From the NCBI GenBank assembly GCA_963704905.1, contig CAVPHZ010000002.1, positions 75,011 to 139,010 of the forward strand: a DNA stretch of 64,000 bases, read 5' to 3'. Made by a program: the position numbers and the translations under genes. The stretch's first letter is position 1. Every line of letters begins with the position of its first letter. This document shows, piece after piece, positions 57,153 through 64,000 of the stretch. The notes under the pieces are model-generated. The model ran no database searches. It was not told where the DNA came from and worked only from the letters and a program-made list of their open reading frames with translations. The stretch is from Candidatus Chisholmbacteria bacterium (GTDB lineage: Bacteria; Patescibacteriota; Microgenomatia; UBA1400; Chisholmbacteraceae).

Positions 57153-60074
57153 ATGAGATCAAAATTGCTGCACACACCAAAAACAGTTGAAGCCAATCCA
57201 GATTTTCCGAAGTTGGAACGAGAACTCTTGAATTACTGGTACAAATCAGGAGTGGTGAATGACTATCTCACTAAAAACAAATCTTCAAAGAAATGCTTCA
57301 GTTTCCTTGATGGACCAATTACTGCCAACAATCCCATGGGTGTCCACCATGCTTGGGGGAGAACCTACAAAGATCTTTGGCAACGCTTCTACAACATGCT
57401 TGGGTACAAGCAAAGATTTCAGAGCGGATTTGACGCCCAAGGATTATGGGTAGAAGTTGAGGTCGAAAAAGAGCTCGGTTTCAAAACCAAAAAGGATATT
57501 GAAAAGTACGGCGTTGCAAAATTTGTCCAAAAATGCAAAGACCGGGTGATCAAATACTCCAAAATTCAAACTGATCAATCCATCCGACTTGGGTATTTCA
57601 TGGACTGGGATCATAGTTATTTCACCATGAGTGATGAGAACAATTACATGATCTGGCACTTCATAAAAGTTTGTCACGAAAACGGCTGGCTTTATAAAGG
57701 AAAAGACTCATGTCCTTGGTGTCCCCGCTGCGAAACCGCCATCAGCCAACATGAAATGCTCACCGAAGATTATAAAGAAGTCACCCATGAGTCCATTTAT
57801 TTTGTACTCCCGATTGTAGGTAAAAAGAGAGAATTCTTACTCGTTTGGACTACAACTCCCTGGACTATTCCAGCCAATATCGCTGTAGCAGTTGACGCCA
57901 AGCTCGATTACTCCCTGGTAGAAGGAACAACGGGTGATAAATATTGGATCGCTAAAGAAGCAGTAGACCGTGTATTTGGTAAGGAGTACAAGAACATTAT
58001 AAAAACAGTAAAAGGAAGAGCAATAGTTGGTTCAAAATACACTGCACCGTTTGACCATTTACCTGCAGTGAAGAAAATCTCAGTTCACTCTAAATTTCAT
58101 ACAGTCATTGCAACGGATCCAATGATCCTGCCTGTGACCACAGATGAAGGTACGGGTTTTGTCCATACGGCTGTCAGCGCTGGAACGGAAGACTTCAGGC
58201 TCGGTCAAAAGCTTGGGCTTCCTATGGTACCAGTCATTGCTGATAATGCCGATTACCTGGGAGGCTTAGGATTTCTAACTGGTAAAAATGCCAAGAAAAA
58301 TCCTCGCTTGATACTTGATTACCTGGAAGCTGAAGATAAAAAAGATGGGGTTGACTGGGTGTTTAATATTCACAAATATAAGCATCGTTATCCAGGTTGC
58401 TGGAGATGTAAAACAGAACTCGTTTGGAAAGTCACAGATGAATGGTACATCGCCATGGACAAAGGGAGTCCGTCCCTTCGAGACAAAATGATAAACGTTG
58501 CGAAAAAGATAACTTGGCATCCTTCATTTGGATTAGATCGTGAGCTTGATTGGCTCAATAACATGCACGATTGGCTAATTAGTAAAAAGAACAGATACTG
58601 GGGATTGTGCTTGCCAATCTGGGAATGCACATCTTGCGGAACATTCGAAGTCATCGGCTCAAAAGAGGAGCTGAAAAAACGAGCTGTAGATGGATGGAAA
58701 GAATTCTCTGGAAAAAGTCCTCACAAACCATATATCGACAGAATCAAGATACAATGTAAAACCTGCGGAGTGCCTATCTCACGCGTTGAACCAGTTGGAA
58801 ATCCTTGGTTAGATGCTGGAATCGTTCCCTTCTCAACGATTTCCAAGGACAACAAGGGCAAGCCGTTCTATAAAACTGACAAGGCCCAATGGAAAAACTG
58901 GTTTCCAGCAGATTTCATCACCGAAAGCTTTCCGGGTCAGTTTAAAAATTGGTTCTACTCAATGATCGCTATGAGCTCTGTATTGGAAAATACCAACCCA
59001 TTCAAAACCGTTCTCGGGTTCGCGACTCTTCTTGGGGAAGATGGGCGGCCAATGCACAAGAGCTGGGGAAACGCAATCGAATTCAATGAAGGCGCCGATA
59101 ACATCGGAGTAGACGTCATGCGATGGATGTACGCTCGTCATGATCCGGGTCAGAATCTCCTCTTCGGAGAAAAAACAGCTAATCTAGTTAGAAGACAATT
59201 CCATCTTATGCTCTGGAACTGTTATCGATTTATCGTAAATAATCTCGACTCAGATAATACTACAAAGCCTAGCAAAAAAAGAAGTGATCATATACTCGAT
59301 CGATGGATTCTTTCAAGATTATATAGTCTTATTGATCAAGTAACCGAGGAATTAAAAAGCTATCGACCACATAAAGCAAGTGAGCAGATAGAATATTTCG
59401 TGCAAGATTTTTCAACCTGGTACATTCGACGAAGTCGAGATAGAGTGAGCCCATTTTCTACCGATCAATCAATCAAGCACGCCTTCTACAATACCGGACT
59501 TCAAGTATTAACAACCTTGTCGCAAATACTCGCCCCATTCACGCCGTACCTGGCTGATCTCATGTTCAAAAACATCACCGGGGAGCGATCCGTCCACCTT
59601 ACAAGTTGGCCAAAATCAAATGGAGATATGATCAATAAAAAGCTTGAGCATGAGATGATAAGTATTCGTGAAATCGTTGAACTTGGTCACGCGAGTCGCA
59701 AAGCGGCTGGCGTAAAGGTCCGGCAACCGCTTTCGGAGCTGAAAGTAGAAGGCGGACAAGCAAAACTGTCTCTAGATCATATTCAATTAATTAAAGACGA
59801 ATTAAATGTAAAAAACGTAATTATGAAGTATGGAAAAGATGAGCTTCGCGTGAGTCTGGATACAAAACTTACCAAAGATCTTCAGCTGGAAGGAGAGGCA
59901 AGGGAGTTCATAAGAACAATCCAAAATGAAAGAAAGAAATTAGGATTATCTGTGAAAGATAAGATTAGAATAATGTCTCCAACAATTCCCAGCGGATATG
60001 AAAAAGAAATCACAACACGAACGCTAGCAAACGTATTGGTAAAAGGCTCAAAGTTCAAAATTGAAAAAATCTAG
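57153..60074 (+). CDS. ileS: Isoleucine--tRNA ligase, type 2 (eukaryote-like), GVHH signature
   Basis: DGPITAN..GVHH, WTTTPWT, GTGFVH, DWLIS...YWG, PMHKS, WYIRRSR, type-2 C-terminus KVRQPL...EGEARE. Confidence 0.93.
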   Translation: MRSKLLHTPKTVEANPDFPKLERELLNYWYKSGVVNDYLTKNKSSKKCFSFLDGPITANNPMGVHHAWGRTYKDLWQRFYNMLGYKQRFQSGFDAQGLWVEVEVEKELGFKTKKDIEKYGVAKFVQKCKDRVIKYSKIQTDQSIRLGYFMDWDHSYFTMSDENNYMIWHFIKVCHENGWLYKGKDSCPWCPRCETAISQHEMLTEDYKEVTHESIYFVLPIVGKKREFLLVWTTTPWTIPANIAVAVDAKLDYSLVEGTTGDKYWIAKEAVDRVFGKEYKNIIKTVKGRAIVGSKYTAPFDHLPAVKKISVHSKFHTVIATDPMILPVTTDEGTGFVHTAVSAGTEDFRLGQKLGLPMVPVIADNADYLGGLGFLTGKNAKKNPRLILDYLEAEDKKDGVDWVFNIHKYKHRYPGCWRCKTELVWKVTDEWYIAMDKGSPSLRDKMINVAKKITWHPSFGLDRELDWLNNMHDWLISKKNRYWGLCLPIWECTSCGTFEVIGSKEELKKRAVDGWKEFSGKSPHKPYIDRIKIQCKTCGVPISRVEPVGNPWLDAGIVPFSTISKDNKGKPFYKTDKAQWKNWFPADFITESFPGQFKNWFYSMIAMSSVLENTNPFKTVLGFATLLGEDGRPMHKSWGNAIEFNEGADNIGVDVMRWMYARHDPGQNLLFGEKTANLVRRQFHLMLWNCYRFIVNNLDSDNTTKPSKKRSDHILDRWILSRLYSLIDQVTEELKSYRPHKASEQIEYFVQDFSTWYIRRSRDRVSPFSTDQSIKHAFYNTGLQVLTTLSQILAPFTPYLADLMFKNITGERSVHLTSWPKSNGDMINKKLEHEMISIREIVELGHASRKAAGVKVRQPLSELKVEGGQAKLSLDHIQLIKDELNVKNVIMKYGKDELRVSLDTKLTKDLQLEGEAREFIRTIQNERKKLGLSVKDKIRIMSPTIPSGYEKEITTRTLANVLVKGSKFKIEKI

Positions 60075-60105
60075 TCTCTTCTCGCTATGATACAATGCCT
60101 CCGCA

Positions 60106-61182
60106 ATGGGTAAGCCAACAACTATAGACCTCTGGATTATCGGTCCAATCATCATACTCCAACTGTTCTCTATCATCATTCTCCGAAGTGTGATACCAGG
60201 AGAAATAGGTAAGCATCTCATTGTTTCACTTGCCGCATTAGGAGCATATGGGCTTATGTCGCAAATTGATTACAGAACCTATATACCACTCGCAAAATTT
60301 CTGTATATACTAAGCATCGTTCTACTGATTGCCACATTTGTTTTTGGTGAACCAACTAGAGGATCCACGCGCTGGATAAATGTTGGCTCGTTTACTATTC
60401 AACCTTCAGAATTCATTAAACCGCTCATGATTGTAGCACTCTCGAGCATTGCACATACTCTTGAGTTACGCAGACTAACGCATTCTCTAATCTACTTTTT
60501 GCTATTACTTCTTCCAGTGACGTTGATATTTCTCCAACCGGATTTAGGCAGTGCCATAATATTAACGGTAATAGGGGTAGCTATTGCTTTTTTTGCAGGA
60601 ACACAATACCGCGTGTTTATTTCCACTATCGCTATTTTTCTCGTTTCATTCCCGCTGATTGTAAATCTGCTCAAACCATATCAGAAAGACCGGATAGAAG
60701 TATTTCTCAATCCGTTCTCAGATCCACTTGGAAGCGGATACAGTGTAATACAGTCAATGATCGCAGTGGGTTCAGGAAAATTATTTGGTCGGGGATTGGG
60801 ACATGGAACGCAGTCGCAACTACAATTTCTCCCCGAGCGCCATAGTGACTTCATATTTGCCTCAATCGCCGAGGAATTGGGATTCATGGGTGTCATGATG
60901 GTGCTGGCAAGCTATATAGTTTTGCTCAATTACTTACTGAAAATTGCCAAAGATTCTCAAGACACCATCGGAAGTCTCATTGTAATAGGAGTGTTTTCCA
61001 TGCTCCTGTTTCAGGTCGTAATAAATATAGGCATGAATCTGGGATTACTTCCTGTTACTGGCATCACATTACCATTGATATCGTCTGGTGGAAGTTCTTT
61101 GCTTACCACTCTAATAAGCTTGGGTTTGGTTCAATCAATTTCAAGAAGAAAAAAACGGATAGAAACGATTGAAATACAATAA
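60106..61182 (+). CDS. rodA: SEDS family rod shape protein RodA
   Basis: RGSTRWI, QPSEFIK, QPDLGSA, YQKDRI, FLPERHSDFIF, PVTGITLP. Confidence 0.88.
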   Translation: MGKPTTIDLWIIGPIIILQLFSIIILRSVIPGEIGKHLIVSLAALGAYGLMSQIDYRTYIPLAKFLYILSIVLLIATFVFGEPTRGSTRWINVGSFTIQPSEFIKPLMIVALSSIAHTLELRRLTHSLIYFLLLLLPVTLIFLQPDLGSAIILTVIGVAIAFFAGTQYRVFISTIAIFLVSFPLIVNLLKPYQKDRIEVFLNPFSDPLGSGYSVIQSMIAVGSGKLFGRGLGHGTQSQLQFLPERHSDFIFASIAEELGFMGVMMVLASYIVLLNYLLKIAKDSQDTIGSLIVIGVFSMLLFQVVINIGMNLGLLPVTGITLPLISSGGSSLLTTLISLGLVQSISRRKKRIETIEIQ

Positions 61183-61197
61183 CTCTGCAAGTATAAT
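61169..61197 (+). promoter_or_regulatory. Sigma70-type promoter for rplU
   Basis: TTGAAA 61169-74, 17-nt spacer, TATAAT 61192-97; SD AGGAGG 61213-18. Confidence 0.7.
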
Positions 61198-61228
61198 CAG
61201 CTAATTCGTAACAGGAGGAACACAAAAT

Positions 61229-61588
61229 ATGAAATATGCAGTTATTCGAACTGGATCAAAACAATACAAAGTAAAAGAAGGACAGCAGATTAGTGTGGAA
61301 AAATTGGTTGGGAAAGAAGGATCAACGATAAAATTGGAAGAGGTACTCCTAGTAGTTGATGGAGAAAATCGAAACGTAGGTTCTCCGTTAGTGAAAAATG
61401 CATTCGTTTCTGCGCAGATTCTAGCTCAAGCAAAAGGGGAAAAGATTAGAGTAGCAACCTTCAAAGCAAAATCTCGCTACCGTAGAGCAAAAGGTCATAG
61501 ACAAAAGCTCACTTTGCTTCAGATAGAAAAAATCGCTCTGAAATCTGGTCGGAAAGCTACAAAAATCCAAACTTCAAAAGCAGCGTAA
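61229..61588 (+). CDS. rplU: 50S ribosomal protein L21
   Basis: YAVIRTGSKQYKV, VGSP, KSRYRRAKGHRQ. Confidence 0.95.
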   Translation: MKYAVIRTGSKQYKVKEGQQISVEKLVGKEGSTIKLEEVLLVVDGENRNVGSPLVKNAFVSAQILAQAKGEKIRVATFKAKSRYRRAKGHRQKLTLLQIEKIALKSGRKATKIQTSKAA

Positions 61589-61594
61589 AAAAGA

Positions 61595-62749
61595 ATGGCC
61601 AATTATCTCTTCATTTTGGGGAGGAAAGACGATCTTGCATACTATGAACTTCAAACGGTCCTATCACGACTGCTTCCAAGCGACTCGTATATAAGCAAAA
61701 AAACCAAGCACACTGCGACGGTAAACACTTCAGAAAAAATAAACCCAAATGAGCTTATAGCCCAACTTGGGGGAACTATAAAAATTGCCAAATTGGGAAA
61801 ATCTGTGTCTCAAAGTAGTCTATTAAGCCAACTGGTAAAGATATTTCGAAATGAAAGTATGGGTAAATCAAGGCTGACTTTTGGATTAAGCATCATAAAC
61901 CCACCACAGCCAGGACTCCACATTGAGCTATCAAACGAAGTCAAGTCAGCCTTAAAACAAGAATCTATTAACTCAAGGTATCTTCTCTCAAAACAATCAT
62001 CAGAGCTTTCAAGTGCTCAAGTTTCGCTGAGTCAAATGATCGAACTCTACTTGATCTTTGCAAATGGAAAGATCATGATCGCCAAAACATTAGCCATACA
62101 AGATTTTGCGAGTTTCTCAATGAGGGATTACGGTCGCCCATTCAGCGATCCAAAAGCAGGAATGCTTCCTCCAAAAGTCGCACGGATGATGATTAACATT
62201 GCCTTAACCAAGAAACAGAGAAACAATACCTGGATTTTGGATCCATTTTGTGGAACCGGAACTATTGGAATGGAAGCCTACGGTCTGGGTATAAATTGTC
62301 TAAACTCGGATGTGAATCTGAGGAAGGTAAGCGGGACAAAGCAAAACCTCAATTGGTTATCAAATCAAATAAAAACGGAAGCTAATTGGAAAGTTTTCCT
62401 TGCGGATGCAACTCAAGTGTCAAATCAAGTGAAAATTGAGGTGAATGCAATAGTAACAGAACCATATCTAGGTCCGCCAGTAATAAACGAAAACGAAATT
62501 CACAATATGGTTAAAGGGCTGAATAAGTTATATCTTGGTGCTCTTAAGAATTGGAAAAAATGTCTTATAAATAGAGGCAGAGTAGTCATGATTGTACCTG
62601 AGATAAGAGTTGGGAGAATGAGAAAAGCCGCAACCCTCGCCATTGACATGCGTGAAAACGTCGGATATACTCTGGTCGCCGGACCGCTTGAATATGATAG
62701 GCAACATTCAAGAGTGAAAAGATTAATATACGTTTTAGAAAAAAAATAA
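61595..62749 (+). CDS. Amino-methyltransferase, Trm11/THUMP-like (putative RNA methylase)
   Basis: LGGTIKI, RD..RP, GMLPPKVARMMIN, LDPFCGTGTI, IVTEPYLG. Confidence 0.72.
   Translation: MANYLFILGRKDDLAYYELQTVLSRLLPSDSYISKKTKHTATVNTSEKINPNELIAQLGGTIKIAKLGKSVSQSSLLSQLVKIFRNESMGKSRLTFGLSIINPPQPGLHIELSNEVKSALKQESINSRYLLSKQSSELSSAQVSLSQMIELYLIFANGKIMIAKTLAIQDFASFSMRDYGRPFSDPKAGMLPPKVARMMINIALTKKQRNNTWILDPFCGTGTIGMEAYGLGINCLNSDVNLRKVSGTKQNLNWLSNQIKTEANWKVFLADATQVSNQVKIEVNAIVTEPYLGPPVINENEIHNMVKGLNKLYLGALKNWKKCLINRGRVVMIVPEIRVGRMRKAATLAIDMRENVGYTLVAGPLEYDRQHSRVKRLIYVLEKK
62643..62671 (+). promoter_or_regulatory. Near-consensus sigma70 promoter embedded in the methyltransferase 3' end, oriented to rpmA-parB
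   Basis: TTGACA 62643-48, 17-nt spacer, TATACT 62666-71. Confidence 0.65.
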
Positions 62750-62750
62750 C

Positions 62751-62996
62751 ATGGCAAAAACAAAACAATCAGGAAAGACAGCTCAAGGAACCACTCGTCC
62801 AGGGAAGCGGCTTGGAGTAAAAATATTTGGTGGACAACAAGTGAAACCAGGAATGATTATCGTTCGACAGCGTGGGAGTAAGTTTCACCCATCCGATGGT
62901 GTAAAAATGGGCCGAGATCACACGCTTTATGCAATTAAAGAAGGAATAGTCGAATTTAAAAAAAGACTAGGTAAACAAATAGTTGCAGTCAATTAA
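62751..62996 (+). CDS. rpmA: 50S ribosomal protein L27
   Basis: KRLGVK.FGGQ, IIVRQRG, GRDHTLYA. Confidence 0.95.
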   Translation: MAKTKQSGKTAQGTTRPGKRLGVKIFGGQQVKPGMIIVRQRGSKFHPSDGVKMGRDHTLYAIKEGIVEFKKRLGKQIVAVN

Positions 62997-63003
62997 CTCA
63001 ACC

Positions 63004-63816
63004 ATGGAAAAACACGACACTCAAACAGAGTTAGAAATTGATATGCTCGAGCCCAATCCACTTCAGCCAAGAGGTGCGATAACTTCAGATTCCCTAGAAG
63101 ATTTGGTTGATTCTGTCAAAGAGCATGGCGTACTCGAGCCTCTTGTGGTTGCTCACACCCCCGCAGGTTATCAGATCATAGCTGGAGAACGACGCTGGAG
63201 AGCTGCCAAGTTAGCAGGGTTAGCCAAAGTTCCCGTAATCATCAAGGAAACGACTCCACAGGGAATGCTGGAAATGGCATTGGTTGAGAATGTCCAGCGG
63301 AGTGATCTAAACCCAATCGAAAGAGGAAAAGCCTTTCAGCGGCTTATCACCGAGTTTAATCTAACGACAGGGGAAATCTCAAAACGCATCGGAAAAAGTG
63401 CATCGTTTGTTTCAAATTCACTACGGCTTCTCAATCTCCCTGACGCCTTGAAAGATGGATTACTCACAGGGATGATTACCGAGGGACACGCACGCGCACT
63501 TGCTGCAATTCAAGATGAATCAGTTATGATAGAAGCATATAAAATTGTGCTTCGTGAATCTGGGTCAGTTCGTCGCGCAGAAGAGCTTGCACGTCGAATG
63601 AAAAAAGGGCAAAAGCGAAAACAAACGGACGACTCTTTGATTATCAATGAGAAGATTGATCAAATGCAAGAACAGATGACCAAATCACTCGGGGATCGCT
63701 CAAAAGTATTCCTAAAAAGATCAAGAGTCGAGACAAAACTGTCATTTTCATTGAAAGGTTCACCCGAAGAAACAGAAGATACTCTCCAAAAGATCTATAC
63801 TGCAATCGTTTCTTAA
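63004..63816 (+). CDS. parB: ParB/Spo0J chromosome partitioning protein
   Basis: PNPLQPR, IIAGERRWRAA, ENVQRSDLNPIE, HTH, GHARAL, SVRRAEE. ATG 63004. Confidence 0.92.
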   Translation: MEKHDTQTELEIDMLEPNPLQPRGAITSDSLEDLVDSVKEHGVLEPLVVAHTPAGYQIIAGERRWRAAKLAGLAKVPVIIKETTPQGMLEMALVENVQRSDLNPIERGKAFQRLITEFNLTTGEISKRIGKSASFVSNSLRLLNLPDALKDGLLTGMITEGHARALAAIQDESVMIEAYKIVLRESGSVRRAEELARRMKKGQKRKQTDDSLIINEKIDQMQEQMTKSLGDRSKVFLKRSRVETKLSFSLKGSPEETEDTLQKIYTAIVS

Positions 63817-63827
63817 GTCCTTGATTT

Positions 63828-64000
63828 TCAATTATTTTGAGTTGAATATTGAGCTTCAGCTATAAAGCCTGCACGCTGAGGGGGCCAGTAACGTATCCAA
63901 GCTCTACCAACAATGCTTTCCTTTGTAGTAGGTCCCCATGCCCGTGAATCACTTGAGTGAGATCGATTATCACCCAACACGAAGTACTCATCCGATTTGA
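63828..64000 (-). CDS. lepB: Signal peptidase I, 3' end (gene runs off the window)
   Basis: Manual translation: ...EYFVLGDNRSHSSDSRAWG...IVGRAWIRYWPP... stop at 63828. Confidence 0.88.
   Translation of the reverse strand, partial: KSDEYFVLGDNRSHSSDSRAWGPTTKESIVGRAWIRYWPPQRAGFIAEAQYSTQNN

Noticed and set aside
62645-62660. Possible parS site (CGTGAAA half-match) near parB
   Set aside because: Only a partial half-site with no palindrome; the region is better explained as a promoter spacer.
61595-62749. Prp (YsxB) ribosomal protease between rplU and rpmA
   Set aside because: The gene is a 384-aa methyltransferase, and L27 has no cleavable N-terminal extension.
139-62768. Many 60-170 aa ORFs antisense to or nested in the main genes (e.g. 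28162-28686, 39402-39806, 50404-50793)
   Set aside because: Shadow frames of well-supported genes, with no motifs and no independent start signals.
1-64000. Alternative genetic code (UGA=Gly, code 25) as the cause of broken ORFs
   Set aside because: TGA terminates many intact genes with ATGA overlaps (e.g. 6496, 10523, 42670), and the breaks are frame changes rather than in-frame TGA.
1-64000. tRNA, rRNA, CRISPR arrays, IS elements, integrases or prophage genes
   Set aside because: None recognised. Intergenic gaps are mostly under 150 bp, and no repeat-spacer pattern or transposase motif was seen by eye.

Overview
A gene-dense, AT-rich (about 38-40% GC by eye) bacterial chromosome segment read with genetic code 11. 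Gene content and style suggest Patescibacteria/CPR, probably Microgenomates-like; this is inference, since there is no rRNA marker here. The window has three blocks. (1) 1-30.7 kb is a large surface-glycan locus: WecB, UDP-GlcA decarboxylase, a short UDP-sugar dehydrogenase-like protein, ManC, four GT2, six GT4 and five GT-C membrane glycosyltransferases, two Wzx flippases, a Wzy_C/ligase-type protein, a priming phosphoglycosyl transferase and DUF4012. (2) 30.7-56.4 kb holds recO, an alpha2-type GlyRS and an expanded dcw cluster (mraZ-rsmH-ftsL-ftsI-murE-glmU-like x2-pgeF-murC-murB-murA-glmS-dgkA-mraY-murI-murD-ftsW-murG-ftsQ-ftsA-ftsZ; no murF or ddl in the window). (3) 56.4-64 kb holds an orphan kinase-like gene, IleRS2, rodA, rplU-methyltransferase-rpmA, parB and the 3' end of lepB. 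Frameshifts at about 31.6-36.2 kb and 51-53 kb hit essential genes and look like sequencing errors. The best novel candidate is an RNA element at about 45.0-45.16 kb, upstream of glmS. It aligns in register with the glmS ribozyme but has a rewired catalytic and ligand core. Other highlights are pervasive leaderless-type -10 promoters, a Cys-to-Asp MurA and a GVHH-motif IleRS2. No tRNA, rRNA, CRISPR array or mobile element was recognised.
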